37,965 nucleotides of DNA from a virus (lineage: Duplodnaviria > Caudoviricetes), in the IMG/VR virus record IMGVR_UViG_3300024325_000122, positions 1 through 37,965 of that record. One strand, 5' to 3'. Shown piece after piece: positions 27,875 to 35,447 of the stretch. Made by a program: the position numbers and the translations under genes. Under the pieces are notes generated by a model. It had not been told where the DNA came from. It ran no database searches and saw only the letters and a program-made list of their open reading frames with translations. Every line of letters starts with the position of its first letter. Within the stretch, counting starts at the first letter, position 1.

Positions 27875-30121
27875 ATGGACGTACCAGTCACTCCACAAGC
27901 ACCGACGAGAAGCCTGACACCCGAGCCGCCGACCACGCCAGACAGCTCACCGTTTCCACCTCCTACGAACCTCGACCAGGGCGTCGTTGCTTTGACGCAT
28001 GCGATCCGAAACATCGAGACGGGCAACAAGGACATCAAAGGCGAGAGCGGGGAACTCGCCAGCAGATACCAGTTCATGCCGGAAACGTGGAAGGCCTGGG
28101 CCGGAAAGTATCTCGGCGATCCGAACGCGCCCCTCACTCCCGCGAATCAAAACTTCGTCGCGTACAACCACATCAAGTCTCTGCGTGATCAGGGCTACAA
28201 CCCGGACCAGATTCTCTCGATCTGGAACCACGGCAGTCCAAAGTACGAGGGACAGGTTGGCGTGAACAAGGAGGGCGTGAAGTTCGACGTACCTGCATAC
28301 GTGCAGCGCGGCATGGCCGAGTTTCAGAAGGAAGCCGAAGCCATCAAACAGGCCGGAGGCGTGCCTGTCGCAAATGCAGCGACCGCCGATCCGTCTCAGC
28401 CCGACTCGACGGACCCCCTTGGCGGAAAGTCCTTCGAGGAACTCTACGGGCAAGCCGCGAGCGACCAGTCAGCACCAGAACAGGGACTCGGAGAACGCGC
28501 GCTTTCCTTCGCCGGAAACGTCGGCGGCAGTCTGCTCTCCGGACTCGGAAATGCCGTCGCTCATCCCATCGACACAGCCGAGGGCATCGCCAAGGACGCC
28601 GCTATGCCCTTCGCGCGAGCCGGAGCTTCGCTCGTCAAAGCAGACCAAGGACTCTTCCATCTCGGAACTGCGGTATTTCGCAAACTGACCGGGGATCATG
28701 AAGGCTACGCAACTGAACTTCAGAAGGCTCTCAAGGCTTCGGACCCTCGCAACTCCACGCACGTCCCTCTTCTCGGCGATGTGCCGACCTTCGGACAGTA
28801 CGGCGACACTCGACGCGATCTCGCCGACGTGGGTGGTGCTGGCGTGAACGCTGCCGGAACGCTCCTCGGAGGCGGTGAAATTGGAGCGGCCGCAAAGCTC
28901 GGTATCGGTGGCCGAATTCTCAAGACCGCAGGCGAGGGCGCAATCGGTGGAGCACTTGTCGGCGGCGGGCAAGGACTCTCATCCGGCCTCGGAGATCCCA
29001 ACGCTTCCGCCGGCAATGTAGCAGCCCGCGCCCTGACGGGAACACTCATTGGAGGCGTGGCGGGTGGCGTCGCAGGAGGCGCGCTCGGTACTACTTCGGC
29101 GGCCCTGAAAAGCGTCAAAGACTTCGTAAGCCCATCGGTCGAAGCAGCTCTAACGAAGGGATTACGCCCAGGCAAGGCGGCCGAGACTTTCGGAAAGACC
29201 CTTGAAGATGCGCTGCCGTATGTACGCGAAGCTGAAGGTGCCTCGGGCAAACCCATCAATACCGTCGCAGCCCTTGATGACGCTGTAAAGAACGCGAAGC
29301 AATCAGTCTGGAAGAAGTACGAACAGGTACTCGGACCGAATGCAAATGCGACCATCGATGGCAACGCGATCGCGGACAAGATCGAAAGTTCCATCGACCC
29401 TCGCTTCGACCGCCAGGACCCTTCTGCCGCGGCTCGTATCCGCGCTTACGCAAAAACCTATCGTCGCGACATTCCTCTTTCCGAAGCTGAAGACGCTTTG
29501 CAGTCCGTGAACGCAGACCTTCACACCTACTACGCAAAGAACAAGGTCGGCCAGCAAGTCGCCGCGAGTGATCCAAGCCAAGCCTACGTGCTGAACGAAG
29601 GCAACGCACTTCGAGACGCTCTGAACGAGAAGCTCGGTCAGCTCTCAGGCAAGGATGCAGCGCAATTGAAGAAGGCCTACGGCTCCCTCTCAAAACTTCA
29701 GGAGATGACCTCCAAACAACGAGGCATTGTCGCGAACGCAGCACCAGTCGGTCTCGGAGAGCAAATCGGAATGGCGCGCGGCCTCGGCAAGATCATCACC
29801 GGCCACCCGCTTGAAGGTGCCGCGGATGTCTTCGGTAGCCAATATCTCCGCGACAAGAACAACCCCGATACCCTCGTAAAGGGCGCGTTCGACAAGCTTC
29901 GCAAGAAGTCGTTCGACCCTGCATCGACTGCGATTCGCTCCGTCAGCTCTGACTACCCAATCGCGAAGAACCTGAAGACGCTCGCCCTCCCGGCTCCTCA
30001 GGCAGGATCCCCGAACGCCAGCGTTCACGTTCCCATCAACATGCCAGCCCGCAGCTTGAGTAGTATTCAGGCTGGAGAAGACGCAGCCGGCTCAACGCTC
30101 GCGCGCAGCCTCTCCCGTTAA
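27875..30121 (+). CDS. Ejection protein with N-terminal lytic-transglycosylase-like domain
   Basis: IETG...YQFMPETW...WNHG lysozyme-like motifs, then Gly-rich membrane-like segments. Confidence 0.75.
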   Translation: MDVPVTPQAPTRSLTPEPPTTPDSSPFPPPTNLDQGVVALTHAIRNIETGNKDIKGESGELASRYQFMPETWKAWAGKYLGDPNAPLTPANQNFVAYNHIKSLRDQGYNPDQILSIWNHGSPKYEGQVGVNKEGVKFDVPAYVQRGMAEFQKEAEAIKQAGGVPVANAATADPSQPDSTDPLGGKSFEELYGQAASDQSAPEQGLGERALSFAGNVGGSLLSGLGNAVAHPIDTAEGIAKDAAMPFARAGASLVKADQGLFHLGTAVFRKLTGDHEGYATELQKALKASDPRNSTHVPLLGDVPTFGQYGDTRRDLADVGGAGVNAAGTLLGGGEIGAAAKLGIGGRILKTAGEGAIGGALVGGGQGLSSGLGDPNASAGNVAARALTGTLIGGVAGGVAGGALGTTSAALKSVKDFVSPSVEAALTKGLRPGKAAETFGKTLEDALPYVREAEGASGKPINTVAALDDAVKNAKQSVWKKYEQVLGPNANATIDGNAIADKIESSIDPRFDRQDPSAAARIRAYAKTYRRDIPLSEAEDALQSVNADLHTYYAKNKVGQQVAASDPSQAYVLNEGNALRDALNEKLGQLSGKDAAQLKKAYGSLSKLQEMTSKQRGIVANAAPVGLGEQIGMARGLGKIITGHPLEGAADVFGSQYLRDKNNPDTLVKGAFDKLRKKSFDPASTAIRSVSSDYPIAKNLKTLALPAPQAGSPNASVHVPINMPARSLSSIQAGEDAAGSTLARSLSR

Positions 30122-30164
30122 CCACAGCCTCCGACCTTGCGCCTTCCTGTCAGCGCGCTAGTAT
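30118..30164 (+). promoter_or_regulatory. Lysis-module promoter candidate
   Basis: TTAACCACA (30118-30126), TTGCGC (30137-30142), 16 nt, TAGTAT (30159-30164). Confidence 0.45.
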
Positions 30165-30185
30165 CAAATCAACCTCATAGCTTTC

Positions 30186-31019
30186 ATGAACGTAGACCCA
30201 CATAACAACTTAGGAGGGCTCGAATCACCGCAAGACCAGAGGGATTACGACATCGGCAAGATCCAAGCCCCTGTCGTCCGACCGGACACGAACCTTCCTG
30301 ACTACTTCCTTCCCGTCTACTACCAGAACGGCCAGCCAGATTGTGGCGGCGAAGCTGGAGCCAAGTTCCAGAACATCAAGCGGCTTCTAAACGCACCGCT
30401 CTCCCGCCGCTTCGTCTACGCGCTCTGCAAGAAGATCGACGGCGTACCAACCCAAGAGGGGACCTTCGGCCGCGCAATCATGCAAGTTCTTCAGAGATAC
30501 GGCGTTCCTTTGGAGAGTTACTTTCCCACCGACGTTTCCCTGCCCCACGCCGAGTTTGCCGACTGGACGAAGATCCCGCAGGCGGCGTACATCGACGCTC
30601 TCTCCCGCCGCATCGGAGCCTACGCGCAAGTGACCGACCTATCTCCTGAAGGGTTGCGTCAAGCGATCTACCAGAACAAGGCGGTCCTTGTCCTTAAGTC
30701 TCCATGGACGCCTGCCTCTTGGTACCCCTTCGATTCGAATTCCGGCCACTTCTTCGTACTCGATGGATACACCCCGACGAAGTACCGCTTCGCCAACTCC
30801 TTCGGTTCGTGGTGGGGAGACAACGTAAACGGTGGCGGCAACGGGTACGGCTATCTCCTCGACTCCGACCTCCCGACGATCAAAGAAGCCTGGACCGCTG
30901 TTGAACTGACCGTAGACGTTCCGCTTCCCACTCCAATGCCTGCCGATCCGGTCCAGAAGCGCAACTGGATTCTCGACCGCATCGCCCTCCTCAAGTCCTA
31001 CCTGCCCTTCTTCAAGTAA
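30186..31019 (+). CDS. Papain-like (C1-type) cysteine peptidase, candidate lysin
   Basis: QNGQPDCGG (Gln/Cys), GHFFVLDGY (His), ANSFGSWWG (Asn). Confidence 0.85.
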   Translation: MNVDPHNNLGGLESPQDQRDYDIGKIQAPVVRPDTNLPDYFLPVYYQNGQPDCGGEAGAKFQNIKRLLNAPLSRRFVYALCKKIDGVPTQEGTFGRAIMQVLQRYGVPLESYFPTDVSLPHAEFADWTKIPQAAYIDALSRRIGAYAQVTDLSPEGLRQAIYQNKAVLVLKSPWTPASWYPFDSNSGHFFVLDGYTPTKYRFANSFGSWWGDNVNGGGNGYGYLLDSDLPTIKEAWTAVELTVDVPLPTPMPADPVQKRNWILDRIALLKSYLPFFK

Positions 31020-31044
31020 AGGTCGCAACTCCTACGCACTCTTA

Positions 31045-31344
31045 ATGCTTACCACCATTCTTCTCGGCATCGCTGCCTCGCTCGTGGCCGAACTCGTTAC
31101 ATGGATCAACAAGAAGCTCACCGGCACGGTCATTCAGGGCCAGGGCGCGTTTCTGTTCTCGTTCCTCATCGCTCTCATCATCGCGACAGGCGAAGTTCTT
31201 ATCCGTCACTTTAATGTTGACGTAAGCGGCTTAGTAACCATCGTTATGTCGATCTTCGGCGTAGCGCAGGTTTGGTTCTACATCGTCGCCAAGAACCTCG
31301 GCCTTACGGTACAGCCCTCCGTCCCTTCCGTTCCCCTCGCATAG
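31045..31344 (+). CDS. Holin-like membrane protein
   Basis: 99 aa, three hydrophobic segments, adjacent to the peptidase. Confidence 0.7.
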   Translation: MLTTILLGIAASLVAELVTWINKKLTGTVIQGQGAFLFSFLIALIIATGEVLIRHFNVDVSGLVTIVMSIFGVAQVWFYIVAKNLGLTVQPSVPSVPLA

Positions 31345-31348
31345 CACT

Positions 31349-31392
31349 CTGACGGTCCGGGGCGCGTCCTCACGCGTTGCCCCGGCGGTCAG
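31349..31392. other. Long hairpin at the end of the late operon
   Basis: CTGAC..CCGGGG.CGCGT-cctc-ACGCG..CCCCGG..GTCAG. Confidence 0.55.
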
Positions 31393-31453
31393 CGTACTAG
31401 CGCATCCCGCGCTCCTTCGCTGGGCTCACTGACAACCGACACGAGGTACGCCC

Positions 31454-31777
31454 ATGCTCTTCAAGCACTCCAGCACGCTCTCTTTCACCCGAGGCGTGAA
31501 CGGTATTACCCAGGTTCACGGTCTCTACTGGCTTTTGGACTTCATCGCCGCTCACCAGAAACGCATCAAGAAGGACGAACGCTTCAAGAAGGTGCAGCGC
31601 TGGGTCCACCGCGTCCAGTTCCGCCGAGCAACGATCTATTGCTACGCCGGAGAGTCAGACGACGACCCGCTCGTCTTTCCTCAGAAGCTCTACACCGCTG
31701 TCACGGAACCCGAGATCACCATCTATCTGGAGGACGGTGTTCTCAAGACCAAGGAGGAGCGCGATGCTTCGCTTTGA
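31454..31777 (+). CDS. Hypothetical protein (DUF6876-like)
   Basis: FTRGV...YWLLDFIAAHQ...IYLEDGVL pattern; GAGGT RBS. Confidence 0.65.
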   Translation: MLFKHSSTLSFTRGVNGITQVHGLYWLLDFIAAHQKRIKKDERFKKVQRWVHRVQFRRATIYCYAGESDDDPLVFPQKLYTAVTEPEITIYLEDGVLKTKEERDASL

Positions 31778-32051
31778 ACGCTATCTCCACTCTCGCTTCT
31801 GGGCCGTCTACAACGACAAGGAGCTCATCGCCGTTGTCGTCTATAAGCGCGGCGCTCAGGCCCTCATCAACTTCTGCACGACCGGAGACCCGTACCAAGG
31901 TCCCTTCTCTGACCTCAAACCGCCCAAAGAACGAAAGGAGTGTCCCAATTGTTCAACCTCAACCGCGTCATCGTCACCGGCTACCTCGGCAAAGACCCGG
32001 AAACCGCTCCCGCTGGAGCAACTACTGCTACAAAGTTCTCCCTTGCTGTAA
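31764..32051 (+). CDS. Small hypothetical protein
   Basis: AAGGAGG RBS then MLRFERYLHSRFWAVYNDKELIAVVVYKRGA; 3' end overlaps ssb. Confidence 0.6.
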   Translation: MLRFERYLHSRFWAVYNDKELIAVVVYKRGAQALINFCTTGDPYQGPFSDLKPPKERKECPNCSTSTASSSPATSAKTRKPLPLEQLLLQSSPLL

Positions 32052-32335
32052 CCGACCGCTGGAAGGACGGCGCCGGCGAGAAGCAGGAGAGGACCAACTG
32101 GCTTTCGATCGTCGTCTGGAACGGCAACGGCGAGAACGCTTCGCAGTACCTCAGGAAGGGTTCCCACGTTCTCATCGAAGGCTCGCTCCGAACCTCCGAA
32201 TGGGACGACAAGGAATCCGGCCAGAAGCGCTGGAAGACCGAGGTTCACGCCTCGCAGGTCATCTTCCTGGACAAGAAGCCGGAAGAGACGCAAGCCTCTC
32301 TGCCTTCCACCTCTCGACGCAAGAAGGCAACATGA
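31949..32335 (+). CDS. ssb: Single-stranded DNA-binding protein, lacking the acidic tail
   Basis: LNRVIVTGYLGKDPE...YLRKGSHVLIEGSLRT; TTG start 8 nt after AAGGAG (GTG 31940 is the alternative). Confidence 0.92.
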   Translation: MFNLNRVIVTGYLGKDPETAPAGATTATKFSLAVTDRWKDGAGEKQERTNWLSIVVWNGNGENASQYLRKGSHVLIEGSLRTSEWDDKESGQKRWKTEVHASQVIFLDKKPEETQASLPSTSRRKKAT

Positions 32336-32550
32336 GCTTCGAGCACCGCGTCCTCGTCTGTGAATGCGGCGATCTGAAGCGCCTTCACCTCAACACGAAG
32401 CAGAATCCGAACGGCCCCTGCTCATCCTGCTCCTGCAACGCCTTCGTTCCCGAGAAGCAGTGTCGCACTCCGAAATGCGGCCACGGCAAGAAGGCTCACC
32501 GCAAAGGCAGGTGCCATGAATGCGGGTGTACCAATTTCCAACCGGCTTAA
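32332..32550 (+). CDS. 72-aa protein with two Cys/His zinc-binding repeats
   Basis: CECG..H..CSSCSC..F and C..KCGH...H...CHECGC..F. Confidence 0.7.
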   Translation: MSFEHRVLVCECGDLKRLHLNTKQNPNGPCSSCSCNAFVPEKQCRTPKCGHGKKAHRKGRCHECGCTNFQPA

Positions 32551-32661
32551 CCCGGAATCCCTACCACGATCCGCAATCAAGCGGCGTGCGTTGAAGGAAT
32601 AGGAGGAAAGACCACGCGGAAGTTCCCTCGGGTTCCCTCCCGGAACCGACATGCTCATTCA

Positions 32662-32689
32662 GCCCCTCAATCACGAGGGGCCTTTTCTT
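32662..32689 (+). terminator. Intrinsic terminator
   Basis: GCCCCTC-aatcac-GAGGGGC followed by CTTTTCTT. Confidence 0.7.
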
Positions 32690-32832
32690 CCCCAGCCCAG
32701 CCCTTGCCACGCTCGTTCAATGCGCTAGGCTTAATCCACGGACGACAGGACCCGGAGCGCCTGACGCTCGATCGTCACCCGTCCGAAGTTTGAACCGTGA
32801 CCGGCTAGCCTTTCCCGTGAGCGAAGGCCTCG

Positions 32833-33234
32833 ATGAGTAACATCATCAAAACATTCGTGGTGAGCGTGGGAGTAGTCGTGGCCCTCTGCCCGATGAAAAC
32901 AACGACCGCCCGGACCTCATATGACATCAGAGCCGAACAATCAGTCTCCTCTACCATCCGAGCATGGGTTACTTCCTACTCTTCCGTTGAAAGTTGCAGT
33001 TCCCCGAAGTGCATCATGGCTTCCGGCCGGTCCGCGTACGTCGGAGCCGTCGCCTGTCCCCGCAAACTCCCTCTCGGATCGAAGGTCAAAATCGCCGGCA
33101 AACTCCTGACCTGTGAAGACCGCACAGCAAAGAGGTTCGACGGCCGCTTCGACATCTTCCAAGGCTACGGCCCGGACGCCCAAAAGAAGGCGATCCGCTG
33201 GGGCAAGCAGAACCTCGAAGTTCAGATCCTCTAG
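32833..33234 (+). CDS. 3D-domain (MltA-like) cell-wall hydrolase-like protein with N-terminal hydrophobic segment
   Basis: VTSYSS...MASG...VACPRKLPLGSKV...CEDR...RFDIF...WG. Confidence 0.85.
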   Translation: MSNIIKTFVVSVGVVVALCPMKTTTARTSYDIRAEQSVSSTIRAWVTSYSSVESCSSPKCIMASGRSAYVGAVACPRKLPLGSKVKIAGKLLTCEDRTAKRFDGRFDIFQGYGPDAQKKAIRWGKQNLEVQIL

Positions 33235-33437
33235 GCCCCGCTACGTCTGTTCGACATGCAAGAAGCCCGTGCGAACCCTGTATTGGGACAGAAACACGGA
33301 ATCGTGGGTAGGTGACTGCCACAGGAAGCCCGGCTAAGGCCCCTAAGCCTATTTATAGGCTCTCCAAGCCCGGCTCTCGACCCACAGAACCTTGAAACGC
33401 TCCTAGCGCATCGTACGAGCAAAAACGATGAAGCCAC

Positions 33438-33485
33438 TTATCCACACCCTAACCCGTTGAAGCCCACGAGATCGTCCGGTACGAT
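33438..33485 (+). promoter_or_regulatory. Perfect DnaA box followed by sigma70 promoter
   Basis: TTATCCACA (33438-33446); TTGAAG (33457-33462), 17 nt, TACGAT (33480-33485). Confidence 0.7.
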
Positions 33486-33489
33486 AAAG

Positions 33490-34200
33490 GAGCACATTAC
33501 ATCGGTCTCATGGTTATTGTTTCATCTGATTGAGCGATGAAACACAGCCCTGCCTTGCGCTCAATCCGCAGGGCAGTTTTGTTTCTTGAGAGCTGGCGGT
33601 CCGCGCGGACCCTACCCAAGGGGTGAGACACAGGGTTGGAAGGATGTCTCCGCGCCAGCTCTCAGGGCGCAAGCTCTGAATGGTTGTGCGTTGAGAGGCG
33701 AGCGGTAGATAGCATGGGTCCGGCGGAATGGTTGGACCTGATAAAGGCGTGAGAACCAAAAGTCTCACGGGCTTCCTCTACCAACCGCCTCCCAGCGCAT
33801 GACCGAGATAGTTCTTTGAGTGATGGGTGTGCGAATATCTTATGGAAATGGAGAGGACCCGCTACGGTCGGTCGTTATCGATAAGGCCGCACTGCCGCCG
33901 GATCTGATCACCCGGAGGTGCAACGGAGAAAAGAGGTTCGACTCCTCTACCCATCACTCAGCGAATTTAGATCGCTGGGATCGCTCGCTAGATAGAGCGC
34001 CGGATTTCTCCGGGAAGGTATCTAGCCCTTCAAATACTCGACTCAACTCCGGCTCATGTCCGAGGAACACCAGTACCCTGACCTTTTCAGGGGTGGGCTA
34101 CCCTCATGAGAGGAGGAAGGAGAGGAAGAAGGGGCCTGCCTTTGGTTTCAATGGGGGGAGCCGGTAGGGTGTCGCACAATATAAATCAGGAAAACACTTC
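33490..34200 (+). ncRNA. Large multi-domain structured non-coding RNA (unclassified)
   Basis: No credible CDS; successive closed helical domains with G-U pairs on the + strand; kissing loops; tRNA-like T-arm. Confidence 0.75.
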
Positions 34201-34470
34201 ATGGAGAAATCGGAGTTCATCTACCACAATCAGTTAATAAATCGACTGCGGCCGTACATCATGGCCGCGAAACGCGAACAAGGAGTCACGGCCTGCGAAC
34301 GCTGTGGTAGCGACAAGCGAATCGAGATCAATCACAAACGCTACGGCGAGGACATTACTTTGAACGACCTTGAGTTGCTTTGCGAGGAGTGCCATTCCGA
34401 GCAGACCGGGTGGGCCAACGACATGAGGCTCGCTGGTTCGTACTGCTCCCACTGCCAACGCCCGTACTAG
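34201..34470 (+). CDS. Small HNH endonuclease-like protein
   Basis: CERC...INHKRY...DLELLCEECH. Confidence 0.8.
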   Translation: MEKSEFIYHNQLINRLRPYIMAAKREQGVTACERCGSDKRIEINHKRYGEDITLNDLELLCEECHSEQTGWANDMRLAGSYCSHCQRPY

Positions 34471-34778
34471 TTGGCAGGTAACAGGTAGTCGTCCGCCGTC
34501 TTACCCTTGCTCAGATCGTCCGCCGCTCGCTTCAACATCGCGTTTTCCTCGGCGACTCTCCGCTCCAGCTTCTCATCTGCCCTATCGATCGCCGCGAGGA
34601 GCTCTTCCTGCGAGCCCTCACCCCTCTGCCGCTTCTCAAACATCGGCTCCAAATCTTCGTGGTATCCGGCTTTTGCGGCCGCCACGTTCGCTCGATACGT
34701 GAGTAGCGCTCTTTCGAGGTCTACGATTCGCTCCATACCGCGCCTCACCCACGCCGGCTCTTCTGGTTCGTCACTCAT
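34467..34778 (-). CDS. Hypothetical helical protein
   Basis: ATG ORF directly downstream of the HEPN-like gene. Confidence 0.65.
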   Translation of the reverse strand: MSDEPEEPAWVRRGMERIVDLERALLTYRANVAAAKAGYHEDLEPMFEKRQRGEGSQEELLAAIDRADEKLERRVAEENAMLKRAADDLSKGKTADDYLLPAN

Positions 34779-34784
34779 CGCCTG

Positions 34785-35438
34785 TTACACGATTCCGTAC
34801 TTGTCTAAAATCGCCTTTTGGATGCTCGGCTCCGCAGCTCTAAGCGTCGCCAGGTCCGGGAAGTCCTTCACCGTCTCCAGCAGCTTCCGTAGCGTATCCA
34901 TTTTGGGAAGATCGAGAAACGCGCAAATGTACGCGTACTTCCTCTTCACCATGTCGAAATCTGAGATGAGCCTTTTTGCTACTCTGCTGTACTTGTGAGA
35001 CCCGGCGATGTAGTCCTCGACGTAGTGGTCCGGGTTGATCGCGAGCAGATTTCCGCGCCATTCAAATCCACCGACCACTCCCCAGTCGTAGGCAATCTCG
35101 TATTGCGAGACCGAAAATCCCTGATGCGCCATCACGTTCCGCTCGCGATGGATCTTCTCGGCGATCGTCGAGTATTTACGATCAGGCGTCGGCCCGTCCA
35201 CGAAGTGCTCAAGGTAGAACTTCGTCGTTCCCGGACCTTTCCCAAGACCGAACACTTTCTCCGTGACGATCTGGATCACCGCATGGATTCCTAGCAACGT
35301 AAGCGTGAGCAGATGTTTCCTCGACGCCTCGGCGACCTCGTCTTCAAGGGTGTTCCGCAGCATGACGAACACTACCAGCGCCCACTCGCGGTCAGCGCCC
35401 TTAGTCCAACTCTTCAGCCTATCTTCGAAGCTTTCCAT
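34785..35438 (-). CDS. Putative HEPN-domain protein
   Basis: R-x4-H motif RNVMAH in a helical protein. Confidence 0.6.
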   Translation of the reverse strand: MESFEDRLKSWTKGADREWALVVFVMLRNTLEDEVAEASRKHLLTLTLLGIHAVIQIVTEKVFGLGKGPGTTKFYLEHFVDGPTPDRKYSTIAEKIHRERNVMAHQGFSVSQYEIAYDWGVVGGFEWRGNLLAINPDHYVEDYIAGSHKYSRVAKRLISDFDMVKRKYAYICAFLDLPKMDTLRKLLETVKDFPDLATLRAAEPSIQKAILDKYGIV

Positions 35439-35447
35439 CTTGCCTTC

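Noticed and set aside
9208-31028. Many long antisense/shadow ORFs over structural genes
   Set aside because: Expected from GC-rich codon bias opposite real genes
3294-31437. Additional 6-8 nt complementarities to the large ncRNA (e.g. ATCACTCA, CTCACCCC, CGCTGGG)
   Set aside because: Too short and not in clear loops; expected by chance given the number of comparisons
32735-32832. c-di-AMP (ydaO) riboswitch before the 3D-domain gene
   Set aside because: Gene context fits, but I could not find the consensus segments
33113-33337. Possible tiny zinc-finger ORF (YVCSTCKKPV...DCH)
   Set aside because: No convincing start outside the 3D-domain gene; may be a remnant
33817-33960. Canonical tRNA or tmRNA gene
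   Set aside because: T-arm present, but no proper D/anticodon arms, no CCA and no tmRNA-like ends
33820-34167. 115-aa ORF and other short ORFs within the ncRNA region
   Set aside because: No recognisable motifs and atypical composition; better explained by RNA structure
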